A stretch of 26,059 nucleotides of DNA from a virus (taxonomy: Duplodnaviria > Caudoviricetes): positions 1-26,059 of IMG/VR virus record IMGVR_UViG_3300017774_005552. The stretch is one strand, 5' to 3'. This document shows, in pieces, positions 1-8,820 of the stretch. The notes under the pieces are model-generated. The model was not told the DNA's origin. It saw nothing but the letters and a program-made list of their open reading frames with translations, and searched no databases. The stretch's first letter is position 1. Each line of letters starts with the position of its first letter. Both the position numbers and the translations under genes were made by a program.

Positions 1-38
1 ACAGACTCGAAAGACGTCGTTCTCGTCCTAAACGATAA
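1..38 (+). CDS. 3' end of an upstream gene (partial, ...RLERRRSRPKR*)
   Basis: Frame starting at base 3 is open to TAA at 36-38, just before the GGAGG RBS (41-45) of the next gene. Too short to identify. Confidence 0.4.
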   Translation, partial: RLERRRSRPKR

Positions 39-51
39 TCGGAGGTAGCCA

Positions 52-927
52 ATGGCTTTGGTGACGGTTTCCGATCTAAAGACTTACATGGACATTAGTT
101 TTTCCAACAGACAAGAAGATGCTGCTCAATTTGTTATTGACGGACTTCAAAGCGAACTTGAAACTTTTCTCCGCCGACCTATAGAGGTTGCTTCATTTAC
201 GGAAAAATATGTCCTTGAATCAGACCATACGGGTTTACCTATGGGCTCAACCATCTTCAATGATTTCTATCAGGCTTCAGACGTAGACCCTGTCGGGCTC
301 ATCACTTACGGAACACCGCCACCAACGGTTTACCTTCTTAACTCACCAGTTGTTTCCGTACAAAGCGTCACCGTGACGAACCTTTCAGAAGCAAGTCGTG
401 TTCTTGGGGAAGCGATTAAAAGGACAGCAACGGTCACTTCGGTAACTGTTGCAGGAACAACTGTCACATATACCGCTGCTAGCCACGGTTTTACTGTTGG
501 GCAAAACATTGCGGTGACTGGTTTGAGCACTTCTACTTTAAACCTTGCGTCCAACGTTATTACTTCTGTTGCTACTAACACCTTTACAGTGACACAGAGT
601 GGACTTACTGCGGGAACCTTTGCCCAAACTGGCACAGCAGTCGCATCAGGCGTTGATTACACCGTAAGAAAGTTTGGAATTGACTTTTATCGTGGTTTTG
701 CCAACGACGTCGTAACCGTCACCTACACCGCTGGTCTCGCTGGTGGAAATACACCCATGTTCAAACTCATGATACTCAGAGCGGCTGCTCGTGAAGTTCA
801 GAACATGCATGACGATGTTGTTGGTATCAAGGACTTGGGTGCTCGTGAAGTTGCGTTAATGGAAACAGGTTTCTTGGAAAAGGAATTGAATGCTGTTAAG
901 CGTTATCGCAGAAACAGAATTGCCTAG
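52..927 (+). CDS. Head-tail adaptor/connector protein (gp6/gp15-like) with an inserted beta-rich module
   Basis: GGAGG RBS. N-terminal 'LVTVSDLKTYM' and 'ELETFLRRP', 'VTVTYTAG' and C-terminal 'LNAVKRYRR' are typical of head-tail connectors. First gene of the neck/tail module. Confidence 0.75.
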   Translation: MALVTVSDLKTYMDISFSNRQEDAAQFVIDGLQSELETFLRRPIEVASFTEKYVLESDHTGLPMGSTIFNDFYQASDVDPVGLITYGTPPPTVYLLNSPVVSVQSVTVTNLSEASRVLGEAIKRTATVTSVTVAGTTVTYTAASHGFTVGQNIAVTGLSTSTLNLASNVITSVATNTFTVTQSGLTAGTFAQTGTAVASGVDYTVRKFGIDFYRGFANDVVTVTYTAGLAGGNTPMFKLMILRAAAREVQNMHDDVVGIKDLGAREVALMETGFLEKELNAVKRYRRNRIA

Positions 928-930
928 ATA

Positions 931-1395
931 ATGCCATCTGATTTGAGAATCAAAATTACTGTTGATGCCAAAGCGGCTATTAGACGAATGAAGGCAATGG
1001 AAAAACGTTCGCGTGATTTTCGTCCTGTATTAAGATGGGCTAAACGTGAGTTACAAAAAGCAAATGCGGCGAACTTTACGTCAAACGGTTTGCCTGTCGG
1101 TGGCTGGTCTCCCCTTAAACCTCGCTACGCGGCTTGGAAGGCAACAAGATTTCCGGGTACCCCAACTTTGGTAATGTCTGGGAAACTGTTTCGTGAATTG
1201 CGTTCCCTGAACGGTCCTGCCAACAGTATTGGAATGACATCGGCTACTTTTGGTACAGACATTGAATACGCAAAATTTCATCAATATGGGACATCTAAGA
1301 TGCCAAAACGACAAATCATTTATGAGCCAAACCAATTTGCTGAGAGGCTTGCTATTTTGGCTGCTGACTATGTTTCTGACGGAAGAGTAAAATAA
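931..1395 (+). CDS. Phage virion morphogenesis / neck protein (Mu gpG / P2 gpS-like)
   Basis: Motifs 'WSPLKPRY', 'LVMSGKLFREL' and 'GTDIEYAKFHQYGTSKMPKR' are characteristic of this family. Synteny agrees. Confidence 0.8.
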   Translation: MPSDLRIKITVDAKAAIRRMKAMEKRSRDFRPVLRWAKRELQKANAANFTSNGLPVGGWSPLKPRYAAWKATRFPGTPTLVMSGKLFRELRSLNGPANSIGMTSATFGTDIEYAKFHQYGTSKMPKRQIIYEPNQFAERLAILAADYVSDGRVK

Positions 1396-2007
1396 ATGAC
1401 CACCCCTGTCACAGATCTGATGCATGGTGCTCAATGGGCTAAATACTATGTAAACCAATATTTGACTGGTGATTTGCCTAGCAGGATAAATCGTTATCGT
1501 TCTGGATGGAACCTTGACTCCAAAGAGTTGCCTACGCCCGAATTTTTCTTGACTTACGAACCAATTGCCCTTGACCACTGGCCGACAATTATCACGGTCT
1601 GTATAGCGACTTCTCCGTTTGAGCGAATGATGCAAGGCAGACAGGGCGACCCTCTCTACCGCGTGACATACAGTATGCGAACTTATATTTGGACAAAAAC
1701 AGAAGGCTCTGAAGCGGTCACACTCATGCGAGATAGGTTGACAACAGTTGTCCGTTCGGCACTAATGGATAGACCTTGTCTGACAAGGTATGACAGTACA
1801 TACGATGCCGACATGAATATTGATGAATCGTCAATGCGTGAGGAGTTTTCTGACCTAACACTAATTAAAGGTGACCGCGTATTAGCGGGGGCATATTTAG
1901 GCTATGATTTAATATTGAACGAAGTGATATATCGAGACCAAATTGCAGCAATAACTGGCTACGACATAGATAGTTACAACATGCGCAGTACGACGGAGGA
2001 ATACTAA
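1396..2007 (+). CDS. Probable tail completion/terminator protein
   Basis: 203-aa ORF between the neck gene and the sheath. The 'HWPTIITV' and 'YRVTYSMRTYIW...RDRLTTVVRSAL' pattern fits tail terminators. Call is mostly positional. Confidence 0.55.
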   Translation: MTTPVTDLMHGAQWAKYYVNQYLTGDLPSRINRYRSGWNLDSKELPTPEFFLTYEPIALDHWPTIITVCIATSPFERMMQGRQGDPLYRVTYSMRTYIWTKTEGSEAVTLMRDRLTTVVRSALMDRPCLTRYDSTYDADMNIDESSMREEFSDLTLIKGDRVLAGAYLGYDLILNEVIYRDQIAAITGYDIDSYNMRSTTEEY

Positions 2008-2378
2008 TGGAACCAATTTATGACGGAACAAATGTGTCTGGCTTGCTAAAAGTATGGAATGCCACAAAGGGATATTTGGATGTAAGCACAGAAGGTCACC
2101 TTCTGACAGGCGAAACAACCGCTTGGGTTGAAGAAACCCCTGAGATTATTTCCTTGATTGAAAAGGGTTTACTCATCCTTGTTGAGGGAGAAACCACTTT
2201 GAGTCCTTCGGAAACCGTTACACCTGCTGAAAACGCAAAAAAAAAGCGGTCTTCAACCGTAACGAACCCGTCATCCACCAACACAGAAGGTCAACCTGTT
2301 GCGGATGAAACAGTTAATAAAAATGATGACAGCAAAATTAAGCCGTCAGATAATGATGTTTCAGTTGAGACTGTTTAA
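2007..2378 (+). CDS. Hypothetical protein (small pre-sheath protein with a low-complexity C-terminus)
   Basis: TAATG stop/start overlap with the previous gene. Small genes are common just before sheath genes. Confidence 0.6.
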   Translation: MEPIYDGTNVSGLLKVWNATKGYLDVSTEGHLLTGETTAWVEETPEIISLIEKGLLILVEGETTLSPSETVTPAENAKKKRSSTVTNPSSTNTEGQPVADETVNKNDDSKIKPSDNDVSVETV

Positions 2379-2382
2379 GTAA

Positions 2383-2390
2383 TGTATACT
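2383..2390 (+). promoter_or_regulatory. Putative -10 promoter element (TG-TATACT) upstream of the sheath gene
   Basis: TANNNT hexamer in a short intergenic gap. Similar TGTANNNT words occur at 14101 and 14652. No well-spaced -35 was seen. Confidence 0.4.
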
Positions 2391-2431
2391 CGTTTTAAAG
2401 AAATTTCTTCGACCCAAATGGAGGGTGCTAG

Positions 2432-3898
2432 ATGGCTGGCGTAACAATTACAACCGCAGTTCGCACAGGCGCAATCAATACCGGAACAGCCCCAGCGGCA
2501 ACGTTCTTCCTTCTTGGTACTTCCGAGCGTGGAAAAGGTTCTGTAGCCGTACAGGTTACTTCGCTTGAAGATTTTGAAACAAAGTTTGGTTCTCATGTAA
2601 CAGGCTCATACGCGTGGTATTCAACAAAGACATTCTTTGAAGAAGGCGGAGTGAACATGTATTTCGTTCGCGTAAGCGCTGCTGCTGGCGTTGCTGGAAC
2701 AAAAGCACTCGTCACCGCAACATCTTCAGGTCCTGGAATTACTTTGACCGCTGTTGGCAAGGGTGCTTGGGCAAATAACCTTGCAGTTGTTGTAACAAAC
2801 AACACCACAACATTTGACCTAACTGTTACCTACAGTGGAGCAGCCGTTTTCTCAGGGACGGGTTATGCAAGCCTTACAGAAGTCCTCGCCGCTATAGCCG
2901 CAAGCACGACAGCAGGGTACTACTTCACGGCGGCACTAACGGCGTCGGCAGTTGCATCACAACTATTGGCAACAGCCGCCTCTACATCGCCTTCAAACGG
3001 TGCAGATGGAACTGTAGCAAAATCAGACTTCATCAGCGCAATTTCACTCTTCACTGAAGAACTTGGTGCTGGTGCTGTAGCCGCACCGGGTGTTGCAACA
3101 GGAGCAAGCGATACGGCTCTTTACGATGCGCTTCGTACACATGCCGCTTCTTACAACCGAGTCGCGTTGTGTGGGTTTGTGTCGACTGCTTCTCTTTCTG
3201 ACGCTCGTACGGCATCAACTACATACACGGGAACAACCTCCCACGAATACATGGCTTTCTACCATCCTTGGGTACAAATTCCTAACGGCTCCGTAACCGT
3301 GGACATCCCACCAGAAGCATATGTAGCGGCTGTTCGTTCCCGTACACACAACTCAACTGGTCCGTGGAAGGCTTACGCAGGAATTGCATCAGAAGCAAAG
3401 TTTGTTTCAGGTTTAGTACTTCCTGTTAGTCGCTCAGAAGGCGACCTGATGGATGCGGCTTATGTGAACCCAATTCGTCTTATCAATGGTCGTGTCCGCA
3501 TCTATGGTGCTCGTTCGCACTCAACCGTTGTCGCACAGTGGCGTTTCATCACCGCTCGTGACACGATTAACTACATCGTGACTCAGGCAAATGCTCGTTT
3601 GGAAGACCTCGTGTTCTCAACAATTGATGGTCGTTCAACATTGTTTGCGAACATCATCAACTCAATTCAATCAGTTCTTGAACCGATCCGAATTGGTGGC
3701 GGTTTGTACGAAGGATTTGACGCAACTGGTGCCCGTATTGACTACGGATACACAATCAAGTGCGACGCTTCGTTGAACCCTGTTGCCACACTTGAAACAG
3801 GAACAGTACAGGCACGAATTGGTGTTCGTTGCTCAACTGTTGGTGACAAAATCGAAGTTGATCTTATCAAGTCAAATCTAACAACTGCTTTGGCATAA
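2432..3898 (+). CDS. Contractile tail sheath protein
   Basis: GGAGG RBS. Sheath motifs 'VTSLEDFETKFG', 'FFEEGG..YFVRV', 'GAWANNL.V', 'AFYHPWV', 'GPWKAYAG', 'VNPIR...GRVRIYGARS', 'WRFITAR'. Confidence 0.93.
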   Translation: MAGVTITTAVRTGAINTGTAPAATFFLLGTSERGKGSVAVQVTSLEDFETKFGSHVTGSYAWYSTKTFFEEGGVNMYFVRVSAAAGVAGTKALVTATSSGPGITLTAVGKGAWANNLAVVVTNNTTTFDLTVTYSGAAVFSGTGYASLTEVLAAIAASTTAGYYFTAALTASAVASQLLATAASTSPSNGADGTVAKSDFISAISLFTEELGAGAVAAPGVATGASDTALYDALRTHAASYNRVALCGFVSTASLSDARTASTTYTGTTSHEYMAFYHPWVQIPNGSVTVDIPPEAYVAAVRSRTHNSTGPWKAYAGIASEAKFVSGLVLPVSRSEGDLMDAAYVNPIRLINGRVRIYGARSHSTVVAQWRFITARDTINYIVTQANARLEDLVFSTIDGRSTLFANIINSIQSVLEPIRIGGGLYEGFDATGARIDYGYTIKCDASLNPVATLETGTVQARIGVRCSTVGDKIEVDLIKSNLTTALA

Positions 3899-3909
3899 CG
3901 GAGGAATAA

Positions 3910-4386
3910 ATGGCTCGTCCAACACTTTTCAAGAACCTTGCCACACAACGACAAATCGTTGGCAAGATTACACCAACGGTGGGTGCTACTGGCTTGCCTA
4001 CCTTTCCTGACTATTTCACGCAGGTCTCTGGTGGCGAAATCACTGCCTCAGTAGAAAAGGTTTACCATGGTGGCGACTTGTTCTCAGAAACACTTTGCGC
4101 TCCGATGGAAATTGGTGACATCACCTTGACTGGTTATGTTTCCACAGATTCCGCTTTCATGCAGAAGATTCAGTCTTTGCGTCAAGTTGTCGGACGCGTA
4201 CGCTACGACATTGATGTTCATGTTTTTGACTGTGACATCGCTGTACCGGGTGCTGACCGTCAGTACACAAAGGCATTGCTCGTTGGTTTGACCGAGCCAG
4301 ATGGTGACGCAACATCAGGAACTCCTGCTACTTTTGCCCTTACATTCAGCATTTCAACTGTTTCTGTAGGCAATACTCCTGCATAA
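3910..4386 (+). CDS. Tail tube protein
   Basis: GGAGG RBS. 158 aa directly after the sheath. 'FTQVSGGEI...EKVYHGG...IGDITLT' matches the T4 gp19-like tube pattern. Confidence 0.85.
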   Translation: MARPTLFKNLATQRQIVGKITPTVGATGLPTFPDYFTQVSGGEITASVEKVYHGGDLFSETLCAPMEIGDITLTGYVSTDSAFMQKIQSLRQVVGRVRYDIDVHVFDCDIAVPGADRQYTKALLVGLTEPDGDATSGTPATFALTFSISTVSVGNTPA

Positions 4387-4425
4387 CCTCAGGTGTAAAA
4401 CCATATTTTACGGGGTTGCATTTTT
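4385..4425 (+). terminator. Possible imperfect hairpin/terminator after the tube gene
   Basis: AACCTC..GTAAAA / TTTTAC-GGGGTT inverted repeat followed by GCATTTTT. The stem is weak and bulged. Confidence 0.3.
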
Positions 4426-4438
4426 GATATTGCTGTCG

Positions 4439-4447
4439 TGTTAGTGT
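4439..4447 (+). promoter_or_regulatory. Putative extended -10 promoter (TGtTAGTGT), possibly giving a leaderless chaperone mRNA
   Basis: TGnTANNNT ends 7 nt before the ATG at 4455, and that gene has no clear SD. Confidence 0.4.
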
Positions 4448-4454
4448 TTCGGAT

Positions 4455-5003
4455 ATGACAAATATCCATTTCAACTCAGAAGACAGTGGAATTTCGGAAT
4501 CCCCGACCATTGCTCCACGAACCGCCTATAACGAAGACATCCGCGACAACGACAATGTTCTTGATTCTCTGAAGAAAATCATTCAGGACAAAGTTCGTCG
4601 TCCTGATGTTTACATCAATGTTCCAGAGCGACCCGGCGTTCAAGTGCGAATTTCGCCAAATATCTCGCAGAACCAACTAAAGGCTTGGCGTCGTAACGCT
4701 GGCGAAGAGCGCAAATCAGGCATGGATACACTCAAGTTCTCTGCAAACCTGATTGCCGCCACGACAACAGGAATCATCGTGAACGATACTGTCGTTACTG
4801 ATGAAGGTGGTGTTGAGTTAACTTTCGCTTCACCTGAAATCATGGCAATGACAAACACGACTCGTCCTCATCCTGATTGTGTTTTGGCTTTCTTTGGTCT
4901 TGAACCACACATTGAAGCCGCGGCTGTTGCAATTATTGAAGCGTCTGGCTACGGAGATACGGTTGATGCAGTGGACCCTACGAAGAGGTCTTCCGAGAGT
5001 TAA
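4455..5003 (+). CDS. Tail assembly chaperone (lambda gpG-equivalent)
   Basis: Lies between tube and tape measure. Ends '...VDPTKRSSES' and overlaps an open -1 frame. Confidence 0.8.
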   Translation: MTNIHFNSEDSGISESPTIAPRTAYNEDIRDNDNVLDSLKKIIQDKVRRPDVYINVPERPGVQVRISPNISQNQLKAWRRNAGEERKSGMDTLKFSANLIAATTTGIIVNDTVVTDEGGVELTFASPEIMAMTNTTRPHPDCVLAFFGLEPHIEAAAVAIIEASGYGDTVDAVDPTKRSSES

Positions 5004-5173
5004 CGGACGACTTCCGCATTGTTCTAGCGGCAAGGCTTGGCGACCTCTTCAAAACCGATCCAATACAACTACTGAATAGCACTAATGAAGAATGGGTCAT
5101 TCGGCTCGCGTGTGCTAAAGTTATACAGACGGATAGAGAAAAACAGGAAGCGGAAATGCGACGAAATAAGTAG
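4967..5173 (+). CDS. -1 frameshift extension of the tail assembly chaperone (gpGT-equivalent); not in the ORF track
   Basis: The -1 frame is open from 4967 (after TGA 4964-4966) to TAG 5171-5173 and reads YEEVFRELTDDFRIVLAARLGDLFKTDPIQLLNSTNEEWVIRLACAKVIQTDREKQEAEMRRNK. It has no usable start codon and fills the gap before the tape measure. Confidence 0.75.
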   Translation, partial: CSGPYEEVFRELTDDFRIVLAARLGDLFKTDPIQLLNSTNEEWVIRLACAKVIQTDREKQEAEMRRNK

Positions 5174-5227
5174 TCGGTTTTTGCTGGAGCGCTCATACTC
5201 CCTAACCCTTAAAACGGAGACGGATAA

Positions 5228-8200
5228 ATGGCAGCCGAGCGCGTAGTAATTGACATTGAGGTCAACTCTGATATTGCGACGATTGAGGCTACCCGTGAAG
5301 CCCTTGAACGCTTAACCAACGCACAGAAACGTTATAACCGCGAACGCGACAAAGAACCTCGTGGAGGTCGCGGAGGCGGTGGAGGCGGTGGTGGCGGTGG
5401 TGGAGGAGGCGACGACGACGGTCGTAGACGCCCTCGTGCGCCCGGTGTAAGAGGAAGCGGTGGAGGAAAAGGTCGTTACGACGGCTTTGCTGGAAAAGTT
5501 TTTGACTTCCGCGGAGATGCGGGTAAAGGAATCGCCGCCTACGGTGCTCTTCTCAAGATGGTCAACAAACTGTCAATGATTTCTTTGCCATTATTGGCTG
5601 GTGCTCTGGGTGGAATTTCCTTGGCTTTTCAAGCAGGAACTTATTTCATCAAAATGTACAGGGCGGCGATGTCTACGCTTGCCTCAACTGTTGGTCTCGC
5701 ATTTGTCGCCATCACTACGTTCCTTGCGGCACAGAGAGAGTTTGCTGTTGTTCAAAACTCTCCTCAGTACGCTAAGGCAACACAGTCATCTTCCGACCGT
5801 ATGGTCGCCGCTGGTGAAGCAATGTCAATGTTTGTTGACAACAGTGATTTGGCTGTTATTGGCGCTAAAGGTCTTCAATCGGCTTTCACTACTTTAAGTA
5901 AGGTGCAACCAGTTACTGGTGCGACCGTAGGTGCCTTCACGACACTGACAGATTATGTTGCTGGTCAGGGCGGAGACATAGAGGGCAATACCAAGAAACT
6001 CGCTGACTTCTTTGCAAAAATGCAAAAGACTGGAACTGTGGCTGGTGCTTCAGCAGAAGCAAAAGCATTAGGTCCTGATTTTGAGAAGATAGTTAAAGAA
6101 GCCAGTGCTCTGGGGTTCAAGACAAACGAAGAATTTACAAAAGCAGCCCTTGCAGGCAACCTTGGTGAAACTTTTGCAACGATGTATGCAGGAACCTTAG
6201 ACTCGTTAAATAATACGGTGATGGGTCGTTTCAAGCAGGCTACAACAGCAATTAAGGCACAATTAACTGACTTGGGTGGTGAGTACCTTTCCGAGACAGG
6301 CGGAGCGATAGTCCGTTTGCAAGGAATTATTCAAACAACGATTGCTCGTCTTGCTTATGTTCTTAATGACTTCGATGCCGCTGGCAAAATGGGCTCCTTC
6401 ATGGATATGGTTCAGAAAGGGGCAGACAAATTAATAGTCGTTATGACTAAATACTTGGGCACAACACCCGACCTGTTTGAATTTTTCGGTAATTCATTCA
6501 ACAGTATTGCTAACGCTTTTGACGCTATGCAAGATTGGATGAGACAGTTTCAAGCCGCTGGAACAATGATTAATGAATACTTTTTCAAACCGTTGTTTAA
6601 TGCACTTGGTCAAAGTTTTACCGACAGTATGGAAAGCCTCTCTAACACTATTAGTAGCAACGGTCCTGCTATTGAATCTTTCGCTAATGGAATAGCAAAG
6701 GCTCTAACATCCATAGGAAAATATGGTAATGAAATTAGGAAACTTTTCATTACAGCATTACCCGTTTTGACCATACTTCTCAAAGTTGTTGAATTGTTCT
6801 TTAAAGGTTTAGGTGCCTTCGCCAAGGCTGCATCCGTCGTTTCTAAGGCTCTTGCGAAACTTGGAACTTTTGGAAAGATTGCTGGTGGTGTTGTTTCTGT
6901 GGTCGCACTGTATTCTTTGTTCACTATTGCAACACGATTCTTTAAGACTCTTGGCTCCATGTTTGGTAAAGATATGAAAGATAAGCACATCAGAGCGAAC
7001 AATGTTTTTGTAAACGGTTCCACAGGTCTTGGAACTGGAAGTACTCCCGGTGGGGGAGGAAAACCAACAGGAAGATTTGGTAAAGCAAAACAGATGCTCG
7101 GTGATGCTGGATACACTGCTGGTGGATTCGCCTCCGGTCTTGCTCTGACATTGGGTGGCAGTTATCTCATGGGTAAGGGCTCTGAGGCTGGTGGGTACGA
7201 CACCGTAGGCGGAACAGCATTAAAAACTGCGGGTATTGCTGGTATTGGAACTGGTGCCGTATTGATGGCTGCTCCCACTACTGCCATCACCGCCGCTGGA
7301 GGTTTGGTGAGTGGCGGTGCGTTGACAGGTCTTAGTGCCACGGCTGCTGGTGCTGGAGCAATCGCCGCACCAATTGCAGGAGCAGCCGCTGCATACGGAA
7401 TCGGAAGTTATGCCGCAAGCAAGTTCAACGACGACTCGGTGAAATCAAGAATGGGAGCCGCAGGAATTGGAGCCGCGGGTGGTGCGCTTACAGGTGCCGC
7501 GGCTGGTGCCGCACTGACGGCATGGGCAGGACCTGGCGCGTTAGTTGGTGCGGTGGTTGGAGCAGGTGTTGGTGCACTAATTGGTGGGGTCACTGGTTAT
7601 TTTAAAGCGGGAAAGCAAAGAAAAGAAATACGTAAAGCCGCCAAGGGTATTGCAGAAGAATTTGGGAACGCGGTTGAAGCAGGTTTTGAGGGCGGGAATG
7701 TTGATGATCTTTTAGCGGCTCGCGACAAGATGATGGCAGACCAGAGAAAACTCATCTTGGAGGGCGGAGATGCAGAATATGCTGCTGAAGCATTAGAAAA
7801 ATACAATGAAGAGTTTACAAAACTAAACACTGAAATTGACAACTACACAGGAACTGTTGCTATCTCGGAAAAGTTTTTTGGTGTAGGCGCAGAGGCTTTA
7901 AATAAACTTGCTACCGCCGCTGGTGTAAACCTAAGAGACGACTTGCTCAACTTCCAAGAAGTCTTGAATCTTGTAGGGACAACCGCCGTAGACAAAGCAC
8001 GATTGATTAAATTGGCTTGGTCAAACATAGGTGCTTTTGCAGTTTCCGAGGTAACGAGTTACTTCGATAAGCAACAGCAGGCACGAGAACAATCCAAGTT
8101 GGTTGACTCTGACGAGATGAGGCTTGTTGGTGGGCAAACAGGCATTGAGACACAACAGTCGTACCTTAATAATCTAATTAAGTTTAACGTTTCTAAATAT

Positions 8201-8818
8201 GGTGATACTGGTGGATTAGCGAATGCTGGCGTGACCCTAGAAACCCAACTTGGCGAGGGTGGTCGTTTAAGTGGTCTTTCTGATGCGGATAAGGCAAGTT
8301 TGCGGGCGGAATTAGTAAACGCTGGCGGCACCCCTGAGCAGGTATTAGGCAACATATTTGCAAGCGGTGGTAAAGGCGTTCTTGCTGAACTGCTTGGTGG
8401 TTCCGCAGGTATACCAGCATCGGTTATGAAGATGGATGAAAAAACAGGCAAATCAGTCATTGATGAGGATTTGTTAAACCAAAAGGTACTTGAGAGAGTA
8501 AAATCAGACCCGTACTTCCTTGCAAACGTGGCAACAGCGATGGAAAAAGAGGCATTAATAAATCCAAAACAAATGCCCGGTAAAGATATGAATGCACTGT
8601 TTAACCCAACGACGCCGGGTAGTATTGCGGCTTTTCAGGGTGGTGGTGCGTCTGTTCCTCCTGCTTCGGTAGTAGCGCCGAGTTATGTGACGACAAATGT
8701 CAATGCGCCCATAATTAGTCCTGAAGTACTCAAACAAATCAATGAGGCTGTCGCTAAGGGTATTCGTGACGCAAAAGAACGCGGTGCTACAGCCAGTATT
8801 GGAAGAACTAGGGGATAA
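5228..8818 (+). CDS. Tape measure protein
   Basis: 1196 aa, Ala/Gly-rich and helical, with hydrophobic and glycine-zipper-like segments. Follows the chaperone genes. Confidence 0.9.
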   Translation: MAAERVVIDIEVNSDIATIEATREALERLTNAQKRYNRERDKEPRGGRGGGGGGGGGGGGGDDDGRRRPRAPGVRGSGGGKGRYDGFAGKVFDFRGDAGKGIAAYGALLKMVNKLSMISLPLLAGALGGISLAFQAGTYFIKMYRAAMSTLASTVGLAFVAITTFLAAQREFAVVQNSPQYAKATQSSSDRMVAAGEAMSMFVDNSDLAVIGAKGLQSAFTTLSKVQPVTGATVGAFTTLTDYVAGQGGDIEGNTKKLADFFAKMQKTGTVAGASAEAKALGPDFEKIVKEASALGFKTNEEFTKAALAGNLGETFATMYAGTLDSLNNTVMGRFKQATTAIKAQLTDLGGEYLSETGGAIVRLQGIIQTTIARLAYVLNDFDAAGKMGSFMDMVQKGADKLIVVMTKYLGTTPDLFEFFGNSFNSIANAFDAMQDWMRQFQAAGTMINEYFFKPLFNALGQSFTDSMESLSNTISSNGPAIESFANGIAKALTSIGKYGNEIRKLFITALPVLTILLKVVELFFKGLGAFAKAASVVSKALAKLGTFGKIAGGVVSVVALYSLFTIATRFFKTLGSMFGKDMKDKHIRANNVFVNGSTGLGTGSTPGGGGKPTGRFGKAKQMLGDAGYTAGGFASGLALTLGGSYLMGKGSEAGGYDTVGGTALKTAGIAGIGTGAVLMAAPTTAITAAGGLVSGGALTGLSATAAGAGAIAAPIAGAAAAYGIGSYAASKFNDDSVKSRMGAAGIGAAGGALTGAAAGAALTAWAGPGALVGAVVGAGVGALIGGVTGYFKAGKQRKEIRKAAKGIAEEFGNAVEAGFEGGNVDDLLAARDKMMADQRKLILEGGDAEYAAEALEKYNEEFTKLNTEIDNYTGTVAISEKFFGVGAEALNKLATAAGVNLRDDLLNFQEVLNLVGTTAVDKARLIKLAWSNIGAFAVSEVTSYFDKQQQAREQSKLVDSDEMRLVGGQTGIETQQSYLNNLIKFNVSKYGDTGGLANAGVTLETQLGEGGRLSGLSDADKASLRAELVNAGGTPEQVLGNIFASGGKGVLAELLGGSAGIPASVMKMDEKTGKSVIDEDLLNQKVLERVKSDPYFLANVATAMEKEALINPKQMPGKDMNALFNPTTPGSIAAFQGGGASVPPASVVAPSYVTTNVNAPIISPEVLKQINEAVAKGIRDAKERGATASIGRTRG
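5372..5410 (+). repeat. (GGN)13 poly-glycine tract in the tape measure N-terminus
   Basis: gga ggc ggt gga ggc ggt ggt ggc ggt ggt gga gga ggc, read directly from the sequence. Confidence 0.9.
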
Positions 8819-8820
8819 TT

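Noticed and set aside
2235-2310. A9G run containing the slippery heptamer A AAA AAG in the pre-sheath gene
   Set aside because: The -1 frame stops at a TGA about 21 codons later and does not reach the sheath. The run is explained by Lys codons.
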